Of a stretch of 64,000 bases of DNA, positions 56,714-64,000 are shown in pieces. Below the pieces are notes generated by a model, which was not told the DNA's origin, made no database searches, and saw nothing but the letters and a program-made list of their open reading frames with translations. The stretch's first letter is position 1. Every line of letters starts with the position of its first letter. The position numbers and the translations under genes are program-made. The stretch covers positions 1,024-65,023 of the forward strand of contig JBPCJO010000045.1 in assembly GCA_051005235.1 (NCBI GenBank), given 5' to 3'. This DNA comes from Candidatus Saccharimonadales bacterium (lineage in GTDB: Bacteria > Patescibacteriota > Saccharimonadia > Saccharimonadales > 2-12-FULL-41-12).

Positions 56714-57586
56714 ATGAGTAATCCAACAAATAATAAAAAACTTCCGAGTGTCGCCGACCTGGCTGCGCTGCAAAACCGCGGCCGTATGCGCCCTGCGCGC
56801 CCCGCACTGCGTCCAGCCGCTCCGGTCACTACGCCGCATTATTCGCCCCGCCCCGTTTACCGGCCGCCGGTTACACTAAAAGCCACTGACTCGCGCCAGC
56901 ACAGGAACCTTTTTCGCCGCTTTGACTTGAAGTATGTTCTGGTAGCGATCCTAGTCGCAGGTATCGGCGGATTTATCGCGGTGCAAGCTGTAGGGCATTT
57001 TAAGCGCGATTCGGGCCAATCTCAGAAAAGCCAACAAAGCCAAGATTCGCGGCCAGATCCGATCGAAGGCTCGGTCGAAGAACCCCTTAAGCCCGGCGCG
57101 TTAGATAAATACACCGTTCCAGCCGATGAACCGCGCCGGCTGAGTATCCCAAAACTAAGTCTGAATACGAGTATATTGTCATTTGGTCTGGGTAGTAATA
57201 AGCAGCCAAGGACTGCCATAAATATTTATGAAAGTACTTGGTTTAGCAAATCAGCAAAGCCTGGCGCTCCAGGTACCATGTTAATCCAAGGCCACATCCA
57301 CGGGCCAACCAAACCTGGTGCGTTCTCTCAGTTAAAGCAACTTGCCAAAGATGACCAAGTTGAAGTTGAGGCAGGAGACGGCACCGTTTTTACCTATAAA
57401 GTAGTCTCAACCCAAATTTCCGACGCACAATCCTCCGACTTAAATGTGGCTACCAGCCCTGCTGCCGATGACACGTCACGTTTAATGTTGGCAACCTTTG
57501 CTGCCGACACGACCGATGCTACCGCCAACCGCTACATTGAGCGTGTCATCGTGCTCGCAACATTGGTGTCAAAAAGTAACCAATAA
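56714..57586 (+). CDS. Sortase-fold (class E/F-like) protein lacking the catalytic cysteine
   Basis: Pro-rich N-terminus, one TM, then RLSIPKLSLNTSI, GTMLIQGHIHGP and DDQVEVEAGDGTVFTYKV. The sequence LMLATF stands where sortases have TLxTC. The whole protein has no Cys. Confidence 0.65.
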   Translation: MSNPTNNKKLPSVADLAALQNRGRMRPARPALRPAAPVTTPHYSPRPVYRPPVTLKATDSRQHRNLFRRFDLKYVLVAILVAGIGGFIAVQAVGHFKRDSGQSQKSQQSQDSRPDPIEGSVEEPLKPGALDKYTVPADEPRRLSIPKLSLNTSILSFGLGSNKQPRTAINIYESTWFSKSAKPGAPGTMLIQGHIHGPTKPGAFSQLKQLAKDDQVEVEAGDGTVFTYKVVSTQISDAQSSDLNVATSPAADDTSRLMLATFAADTTDATANRYIERVIVLATLVSKSNQ

Positions 57587-57796
57587 TCTTGCGCATGGGC
57601 TATTGCATGTTGGTTCGGCGAATCGTATAGTTTATAAGTAGTCAACTTAAGGCTCATTACAAATTTTAGTTATATTCACTTACTGCCTCTCGTTACCGTT
57701 TGAATGATTTTACCCGTACTAATGAAGTGAAAGTGATCGTACTGGCAAATCGCGCATCAACAGCGAGGGTGCAGCTAGAGATAGAAGGGAACAAAT

Positions 57797-59311
57797 ATGG
57801 ATCCAATTACCATCGTATTGGCTCTGATTGGTATTGGCGTCGGTTATGGCGCGAGTACCGTAGCGACCAAACGCAAGTTGGGTAGCGCCGAGCTGCAAGC
57901 CGAAAAAGAGCTCGCCAAAGCTAAGAAGGAGTCAGAAAAATTAGTCCAGGCAGCCCGCGACGAAGCGCACGAAATTGCCGAAACTGCCCGTAAAGACGAA
58001 AAAACGCGCCGCAACGAATACAAAGACATCGAGTCGCGTTTGCTAGCCCGCGAAGAATCCTTAGATAAAAAGCTAGACAATCTTGATAAACGGACCGAGG
58101 CCCTACGTGGCGCCGAAGACGAAGTCGAAGAGCTCAAAAACGAGATCCGAGCTATTCGCGGCCGCCAACAAGAGAAATTAGAAAAAATCGCTAAGCTCAG
58201 TAAAGAAGCTGCCGCCGAAAAACTTATGACAATGACTGAACGTGACATCAAAAACGACCTGGTTGGCCTCATCGCTAAATTACAGAACGATGCCAAAGAC
58301 ACTGCCGAAGAACAAGCTGCCGTCATTATTACCGAAGCGATGGAACGAATGGCCAGTGAAGTAACTGCCGAACGCACGGTAACCGCCGTCCGCCTAGAAG
58401 ACGAAGAAATGAAAGGTCGTATCATCGGTAAAGAAGGCCGGAACATTCAGGCGCTACAACGTGCCACCGGCGTCGACATTATGGTTGACGACACGCCAGG
58501 CATGATCATTCTGAGCTCATTTGACCCGGTCCGGCGCGAAGTTGCTCGTGTTGCCCTCGAGATGCTCTTAAAAGATGGCCGTGTGCACCCCGGCCGTATC
58601 GAAGAAGTTGTTGATAAAGCCCAAAAGCAAGTTCAAAAAGACGTTATGCGTACTGCCGAAGACGCCGCTCGTGAAGTCGGGATTGTCGGCATTCCAAAAG
58701 AGATCATGCAGTACCTCGGTGAGCTAAAATTCCGTACTAGCTACGGCCAGAACGTGCTCAAACACAGCACCGAAATGACCCACATGGCTTCCGTAATCGC
58801 CGAACAAATTGGCGCCGATACCAAAGTTGTTAAATACGCCGCTCTACTACACGACATTGGTAAAGCTCTCACCCACAAAATGGAAGGTAAGCACCACCAC
58901 ATCGGTGCCGAAATTGCCCGCAAGTACGGCGTGCCAGAAGACGTCTGTCATGCCATTGAGGCACACCATGATGACATCGAAGCGACCACCGTCGAAGCAC
59001 TGGTTATACGTGTGGTTGACGCAGTAAGCGCTGCCCGCCCTGGCGCCCGCAACGTCAGTGCCGAAAACTTTGCCGAGCGCATGCGCGACCTCGAAAACGT
59101 TGCTATTGGCTTTGGCGGCGTCGAAAAAGCCTACGCCATCAGCGCCGGCCGCGAAGTACGCGTCTTTGTAAAACCAACCGACATGGACGACCTCGGTGCC
59201 ATCAAACTAGCCCGCGACGTTGCAACCAAAATTGAGTCCACTATGCAATACCCAGGTACAATTAAAGTCAACGTGATCCGTGAGACGCGGGCAATCGAGT
59301 TCGCTAAGTAG
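57797..59311 (+). CDS. rny: Ribonuclease Y
   Basis: N-terminal TM, coiled coil, KH domain (IIGKEGRNIQAL) and HD domain (LLHDIGKA). Confidence 0.95.
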   Translation: MDPITIVLALIGIGVGYGASTVATKRKLGSAELQAEKELAKAKKESEKLVQAARDEAHEIAETARKDEKTRRNEYKDIESRLLAREESLDKKLDNLDKRTEALRGAEDEVEELKNEIRAIRGRQQEKLEKIAKLSKEAAAEKLMTMTERDIKNDLVGLIAKLQNDAKDTAEEQAAVIITEAMERMASEVTAERTVTAVRLEDEEMKGRIIGKEGRNIQALQRATGVDIMVDDTPGMIILSSFDPVRREVARVALEMLLKDGRVHPGRIEEVVDKAQKQVQKDVMRTAEDAAREVGIVGIPKEIMQYLGELKFRTSYGQNVLKHSTEMTHMASVIAEQIGADTKVVKYAALLHDIGKALTHKMEGKHHHIGAEIARKYGVPEDVCHAIEAHHDDIEATTVEALVIRVVDAVSAARPGARNVSAENFAERMRDLENVAIGFGGVEKAYAISAGREVRVFVKPTDMDDLGAIKLARDVATKIESTMQYPGTIKVNVIRETRAIEFAK

Positions 59312-59322
59312 TAATATAAACT

Positions 59323-59877
59323 ATGGATAACAACGAGATAAAGCAGAATTATCTTTTTTTAATGGTTGGTTCGCCAGGCTCCGGAAAAAGTTATGTTTCT
59401 GATTGGCTAACCCCAATGTTTGAGGCTTTACGGCTCAGAAGTGACGACCTGCGAGTGGCTATGCTTGGTCCATTACGCCCAGAATTTCACGATGAACCAT
59501 ACAGCTCAATGATTAGCGGAGCTATGAAATATGCTGCTAAACAAGCGTTTACTCAAAATCATTCTGTTGTATATGACACAAATAATAACTCGGTTGAGCG
59601 TAGGCAAGAGCTGAGTGCACTAGCAAAGCAGTTTGAAGCACTGACGGTCGTTGTTTGGATACAAACACCACAAGAACTTGCCAAAGAGCGTGCCTTAGAA
59701 CGTGACATGTTAGAAGATAGCAAAGTAACCAATGTTGATTACGTTGACAAGATGGCCGCACAAATCGAACCACCAACCAGTGATGAATTAGTGATTAAGC
59801 TTGATGGTACAAATACATCTCAGGCTCAGCAAGCTAGTTTTAGCAATCAACTGAGGAAATTAGACGAGATAACTTGA
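59323..59877 (+). CDS. P-loop kinase (AAA_33/zeta-toxin/polynucleotide-kinase-like)
   Basis: FLMVGSPGSGKSYV Walker A and VVYDTNN. 184 aa. Confidence 0.65.
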   Translation: MDNNEIKQNYLFLMVGSPGSGKSYVSDWLTPMFEALRLRSDDLRVAMLGPLRPEFHDEPYSSMISGAMKYAAKQAFTQNHSVVYDTNNNSVERRQELSALAKQFEALTVVVWIQTPQELAKERALERDMLEDSKVTNVDYVDKMAAQIEPPTSDELVIKLDGTNTSQAQQASFSNQLRKLDEIT

Positions 59878-60449
59878 ATATGAAGTTTTTGATTTTACAT
59901 GGCACAGGCGCTAATCATACCGATAACTGGTTCCCCTGGCTCACAAGTGAGCTTCAGAAACGTGGCCACGAAGTGTGGACTCCCGATTTACCCGACGCTG
60001 ATCGACCAAATATACAAAAGTATAATCAGCTATTACTCAACCAAAATTTTGATTTTAGTAACGCGGTGGTTATTGGCCATTCGTCCGGAGCTGTTGCGAT
60101 CTTAGGTTTGCTTGAGGCGCTGCCAGATGATACCAAGCTTAATACCGCCGTTCTGGTCGGATCGTTCACTAAACGTATGATAGAAAGCCCCAGCTGGGAA
60201 ATGCTTAAAGAGCTTTTTGACGACCCGTTTGACTACGAAGGAATCAAGCAAAAGTCCGGCCAATTTATATTTGTGCATTCTGATGATGATCCGTATTGTC
60301 CAATTGAACAGGCTGAGTTTTTAGCAGAAAAGTTAGGCGGTGAAATGCATAGGTTCACCGGCATGGGGCATTTTAGTAAATCACTTGACCCTCGGTTTGA
60401 TTCGTTCCCAGAACTTTTAGAGATTATTGAGCAAAAAGTTTTATCATGA
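59874..60449 (+). CDS. YdeN/RBBP9-type serine hydrolase (alpha/beta fold)
   Basis: ILHGTGANHTDNWFPWL, GHSSG, HSDDDPYCP and GHF. Confidence 0.75.
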   Translation: MNMKFLILHGTGANHTDNWFPWLTSELQKRGHEVWTPDLPDADRPNIQKYNQLLLNQNFDFSNAVVIGHSSGAVAILGLLEALPDDTKLNTAVLVGSFTKRMIESPSWEMLKELFDDPFDYEGIKQKSGQFIFVHSDDDPYCPIEQAEFLAEKLGGEMHRFTGMGHFSKSLDPRFDSFPELLEIIEQKVLS

Positions 60450-61240
60450 ACATTCTCTACATCGGCGATGTTATGGCAAAACCCGGCCGCGAAATCGTTA
60501 AGCGAATTTTACCCGGCCTGCGCAAAGAGTTAGCCGTAGACTTTGTAATCGCCCAAGCCGAAAACAGCAACGACTTGGGCAAAGGCCCCGGTAAAAACGA
60601 AATCGCCGAGTTACAACAAGCCGGTGCCGACTTTTTTAGCGGTGGTAATCATAGCTTGCGCGGTGAGCACTCAAAAGAACTATACAATGACGCAGCAGCC
60701 CCGATTGTTCGCCCGGCAAACTTAATAGGCTCGGCTGGAAGCGGTTGGAAAATTGTTCCAACTAAAGCAGGCAATGTTCTGGTCGTCAGTATGCTTGGGC
60801 AAACTGTCGGTAAAGAATTACAGATTCGTAACCCACTACACGAAATCGACAGTATTTTAGAGCAAACCAAAGATCAAGATATTGTGGCCCGCATTGTAAA
60901 CTTCCATGGAGATTATTCAAGCGAAAAACGAGTCTTTGGCTACTACTTAGATGGCCGCTTTTCGGCCGTCCTAGGGGATCATTGGCATGTCCCAACCGCC
61001 GACGCCATGGTTTTGCCTAAAGGTACCGCCCATATTACCGACGTCGGTATGTGTGGCACACTACACTCCTCGCTGGGTGTAAAAATTGACGTTATCGCAC
61101 AGCGTTGGAGTAGTGGCAAACCAAGTAAAAATGCGATCGAAGAAAACGGGCCATTACAGTTTAACGCAGTGCTAATTGATGTTGATACGACAACCGGCTT
61201 GAGCAGTTCGATTACTCAAATCCAGCGAATCATTGATTAG
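60446..61240 (+). CDS. ymdB: YmdB-like metallophosphoesterase (2',3'-cyclic nucleotide phosphodiesterase family)
   Basis: MNILYIGDVMAKPGREIV, AQAENS, GNH and NFHGD.... Confidence 0.85.
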   Translation: MNILYIGDVMAKPGREIVKRILPGLRKELAVDFVIAQAENSNDLGKGPGKNEIAELQQAGADFFSGGNHSLRGEHSKELYNDAAAPIVRPANLIGSAGSGWKIVPTKAGNVLVVSMLGQTVGKELQIRNPLHEIDSILEQTKDQDIVARIVNFHGDYSSEKRVFGYYLDGRFSAVLGDHWHVPTADAMVLPKGTAHITDVGMCGTLHSSLGVKIDVIAQRWSSGKPSKNAIEENGPLQFNAVLIDVDTTTGLSSSITQIQRIID

Positions 61241-61279
61241 TTAATCTTTACTTAATATTGTGCGCGTACAATTATTATT

Positions 61280-61705
61280 ATGAATAATCTTGAAATTATT
61301 GGTTTAGCTCTATGGTGGGCCGAAGGCAGCAAATCACGACGTGATAAAAGATGGAAAAATGCTGTTTCTTATCCTATCGAAATAACCAATACAGACCATC
61401 GAATTATAAAAATATTCTTAAAATATATGATCCAAGAAATGAAGATCGATCCTAGACGTTTTAAGTTACAGCTACAAATTCACGAAGGAGATGACCAAGC
61501 CCAACTAGAAAAATACTGGTCTGAAGTTACAAATATACCTAAAAAACGGTTTAATAAAACAATTGTCAGGCCGCTCGGAAATAAATCAGGAAAGAGTAAA
61601 GGCACTTGCAAGGTTCGTTTTTCAGACAAAATGGTATATAATTCGCTGCAGCAACAATTAAATTTACTACTGGAAAGTATTCCGGGGTGTGGCGCAGTTG
61701 GCTAG
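61280..61705 (+). CDS. Putative single-motif LAGLIDADG-like homing endonuclease; 3' end runs into tRNA-Pro
   Basis: IIGLALWWAEGSK fits the h-h-G-h-h-h-h-(D/E)-G-S pattern. 141 aa and basic. The stop TAG at 61703..61705 lies in the tRNA D-loop. Confidence 0.4.
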   Translation: MNNLEIIGLALWWAEGSKSRRDKRWKNAVSYPIEITNTDHRIIKIFLKYMIQEMKIDPRRFKLQLQIHEGDDQAQLEKYWSEVTNIPKKRFNKTIVRPLGNKSGKSKGTCKVRFSDKMVYNSLQQQLNLLLESIPGCGAVG

Positions 61706-61759
61706 CGCGGACGGTTTGGGACCGTCAGGTCGAAGGTTCGAGTCCTTTCACCCCGACCA
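61683..61759 (+). tRNA. tRNA-Pro (UGG)
   Basis: CGGGGTGTGGCGCAGTTGGCTAGCGCGGACGGTTTGGGACCGTCAGGTCGAAGGTTCGAGTCCTTTCACCCCGACCA folds as a cloverleaf, with CCA encoded. Confidence 0.9.
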
Positions 61760-61779
61760 CAATCGAAATCATCGTTTTT

Positions 61780-61806
61780 AAAAGAACCCTGCCCAGGGTT
61801 CTTTTA
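61780..61806 (+). terminator. Intrinsic terminator of tRNA-Pro
   Basis: GAACCCT-gccc-AGGGTTC followed by TTTT. Confidence 0.7.
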
Positions 61807-62251
61807 AAATGAAGATCACTTCGGATGTAGTAATAGTAGCGTTTAATACCGTCTTTGAGGCTCTTGGAAGTAATTACAGACGTAGAGCTCTTATCCCAAA
61901 AGCGCCACATTGTGCGACGTTAAAACTACTCAATAGTAAAGTTATAGGATAAGTTACTTAGGATACCGTCCACAGCCAAAATAGACTTTGTTGAAGAATT
62001 TCAGCACTAGGAAAAGATTAATAAACTTGCAGCTGTACGCAATAAAGCCGGTTCACAGAAGACCGTACGGGACAAGCGCAAACAAGAACGACAGGCAAAA
62101 AAGAAAAGTCGAAAGAATAAATAAACGGTTAAGGTTAAAATATTACATTTTCAACCTGTTGTTGCTGTTTTGGTTTACTCACTCTAAGTTTTTCACTTAA
62201 TTGCTTTTTGCTTTACTTTACAATATTATTACGGTAAAGGTTAAAACAGAA

Positions 62252-63523
62252 ATGCCAGACGAAAACCAGCAGCCTAATTCTCAAGCTAGCCCAACAAATG
62301 GTGGTCAGGTTAATCAGCCTACATCAAGCAGTATCAGCCCTGCGAGTCCACAGCAGCAGGTAAACACTACGCTACCGTCAAAGCCAGTGCAGCAACCAGT
62401 AGCCGTAGTGAATGGGCAACCTTACACGCCAACAACGCCTATGTCTAGCAGTCAAATTGAGCAATTATCTGACCAAAAGCCGTCAAAATGGCGTTACTTC
62501 TTTATAGTTTTAGGTATTTTACAAGCAGCAGGAGTAGCACTGTTTCTCCTAGTAATGCTATGGGCTTCTCAGCAAGCAAAGGCTGGTGTATCAGGCACCG
62601 AGTTCATTGCTTTGATTTTATTTGTTACGGTTGTCCCTGCGGTTGCGATAATTTCAGTGGTTAATCTAATTGGACTGCCAATTTATATGCGAAAACACAA
62701 GCCACACGGCAAAAGGCTAGTGCTTAGCATACTATCGTTGGTTATTTCTGCTTTACTTGCTCTATATGGTGCTTACAACGTCTATGGGTTGTATATCTAT
62801 CCAAAAAAACTATCTGAACAATCAAGACAAAAAAGCGAACAAAGACAACAGGATTTTGCGGCAGCCAATTCTAAACCAGAAATAACTAAAGAAGAAGCTA
62901 TACAGTTGCTAAAAACTTGTAAGTTAAAAGGGTTCTACTATACAAGCCAGACCGATAAAAGCGACCCAGCAAACGGCGGGTGGGGCGAGCTATCTTCTAC
63001 TGGTGTAGTCCTGACTAAAGTAGACGGACAACCATACAGAATAAGCATTGCAGACAAACTTATTGCTGAATTAGTGCCGATTGCTAGAGAAGCGCAGAAA
63101 ACTTGCGCAAACCCCCAATTCTGGCACGATGGCACATACGAACAGTATAAAGATGGGAAGTGGTATTTTAAGGGTGAAGTCGTGAACAGTACACAATCGG
63201 GAAAAACTAAAGAAGAAGCGATAAGTTTTATGCAAAACTGCAAAGCTGATTATTTTGTCGGTTATACGGACATAAACTTGGTAAAGGACGAGAGTACTAA
63301 ATCTTGGTTGAAGAAGGTTGAGCAATCAAGCACGGGCATTGAAATATCAGAAAGTGCGCCGAAAACTTATGTATTTGCGTCCAAGTCAATGACGCCAGAG
63401 TTACAGGACACTGCAAGGCAATTCCGACAATCTTGTTACAACACAAAGAAACTCTACATAACAATAGATGACTGGATTGAAACCGAATATCCACAAGGTA
63501 AATGGACAAGAGTAAAACAATAA
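62252..63523 (+). CDS. Hypothetical membrane protein with Q/P-rich N-terminus and duplicated Cys-containing C-terminal domain
   Basis: I prefer the ATG at 62252 (MPDENQQPN). About four TM helices, then two ~95-aa repeats (TKEEAIxxxxxCK...SSTG...C...GKW). Confidence 0.6.
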   Translation: MPDENQQPNSQASPTNGGQVNQPTSSSISPASPQQQVNTTLPSKPVQQPVAVVNGQPYTPTTPMSSSQIEQLSDQKPSKWRYFFIVLGILQAAGVALFLLVMLWASQQAKAGVSGTEFIALILFVTVVPAVAIISVVNLIGLPIYMRKHKPHGKRLVLSILSLVISALLALYGAYNVYGLYIYPKKLSEQSRQKSEQRQQDFAAANSKPEITKEEAIQLLKTCKLKGFYYTSQTDKSDPANGGWGELSSTGVVLTKVDGQPYRISIADKLIAELVPIAREAQKTCANPQFWHDGTYEQYKDGKWYFKGEVVNSTQSGKTKEEAISFMQNCKADYFVGYTDINLVKDESTKSWLKKVEQSSTGIEISESAPKTYVFASKSMTPELQDTARQFRQSCYNTKKLYITIDDWIETEYPQGKWTRVKQ

Positions 63524-63723
63524 GTCATGTAAATTGTAGTCTAGCCTATAACGGCTAGGTTCAATACATTATTGGTTAATGTTATTTATTTGTTATTTTT
63601 ATTGCCTAAGACTTTTCGTACATACTCTTGCTGTTGCTGTAATTTAGCAGTAAGCTTTGTAAGGAATCTAAAATAGGTTCGTTTGAGGTACCCGTACGAC
63701 GACTACAATTTTGTTTTACGAAA

Positions 63724-63752
63724 TTGACAAAAGTTTTACGTTTCTCTATACT
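63724..63752 (+). promoter_or_regulatory. Sigma70-like promoter
   Basis: TTGACA, a 17-nt spacer, then TATACT. The ATG follows 7 nt later. Confidence 0.6.
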
Positions 63753-63759
63753 TAACCGT

Positions 63760-64000
63760 ATGACCACCACTGTTTCACCGAAATACCAGATCGTTATACC
63801 AAAAGCTGTCCGCAAACAGCTTGAAATTAAGCCAGGCCAAAAAATGCAAGTCGAAGCTGGTACTAACGGAACAATTATTATTAGGCACGCCGAGCAATCT
63901 GCTGGTTTTATGGAACTGGCTCAGTACGCTGGCAGTATAAAGACTGCCGATACAGAATGGGGCAAGCAAGGGCTTGATCCTGCTATCTGGATTCGCCGAC
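63760..64000 (+). CDS. AbrB/MazE/SpoVT-type antitoxin, partial (runs off window end)
   Basis: My own translation reads MTTTVSPKYQIVIPKAVRKQLEIKPGQKMQVEAGTNGTIIIRH, a swapped-hairpin SpoVT/AbrB motif. Confidence 0.65.
   Translation, partial: MTTTVSPKYQIVIPKAVRKQLEIKPGQKMQVEAGTNGTIIIRHAEQSAGFMELAQYAGSIKTADTEWGKQGLDPAIWIRR

Noticed and set aside
61725-62200. Track ORFs 61725..61910 (-) and 61988..62200 (+) downstream of tRNA-Pro. I considered them as a possible integrase or transposase remnant.
   Set aside because: The minus-strand ORF overlaps the tRNA and its terminator. The plus-strand ORF is a low-complexity basic string in AT-rich DNA that begins at a non-ATG codon. Neither has a recombinase motif.
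1-64000. A window-wide scan for CRISPR arrays, rRNA, tmRNA, RNase P or SRP RNA, transposases, integrases, reverse transcriptases and DGR template/variable repeats.
   Set aside because: I found no regularly spaced short repeats, no conserved rRNA, tmRNA or RNase P strings, and no ORF with recombinase or RT motifs (YxDD, the R..H..R..Y tetrad, DDE). Manual inspection has limited sensitivity for divergent ncRNAs.

Overview
This is a gene-dense bacterial chromosome segment that uses the standard genetic code. The gene content suggests a reduced-genome Patescibacteria/CPR organism, possibly Saccharibacteria-like. That placement is inference only and rests on four things: small housekeeping operons with extra genes inserted, a monoderm-style type IV pilus cluster with no secretin, many NUDIX/HD/MazG house-cleaning genes, and short HrcA and TsaB. 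The backbone genes are pyrB, tilS, ftsH, murJ, lepA, hrcA-grpE-dnaK-dnaJ (with two CIRCE operators), yebC-ruvC-ruvA-ruvB, pilMNO, minor pilins, pilin-pilC-pilB, recA-recX, tsaE-tsaB and rny...ymdB. There are four tRNA genes: an initiator-type CAU, a second CAU, Lys-UUU and Pro-UGG. There are four type II toxin-antitoxin-like modules: MNT/HEPN, HicBA, RelB/YafQ-like, and an AbrB-type antitoxin at the window edge. I saw no rRNA, CRISPR array, transposase, integrase or reverse transcriptase ORF. The most unusual signal is a pair of homologous non-coding modules of about 170-190 bp. They sit immediately downstream of two different tRNA genes (fMet and Lys). Each ends in an exact second copy of the last 18 nt (T-loop position 59 through CCA) of its own tRNA. 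Other points worth a second look:
- a sortase-fold protein with no cysteine at all
- a major pilin gene with no ATG/GTG/TTG start upstream of its prepilin cleavage motif
- TATAAT boxes 6-11 nt upstream of many start codons, which implies leaderless mRNAs
- CIRCE operators whose 9-nt spacer carries the -35 box
- a translationally coupled kinase/hydrolase/YmdB trio after rny
- a DUF4331-TPR-HupE trio
- a strongly signalled 28-codon mini-gene
- a LAGLIDADG-like ORF that reads into tRNA-Pro
- several uncharacterised gene cassettes next to tRNAs
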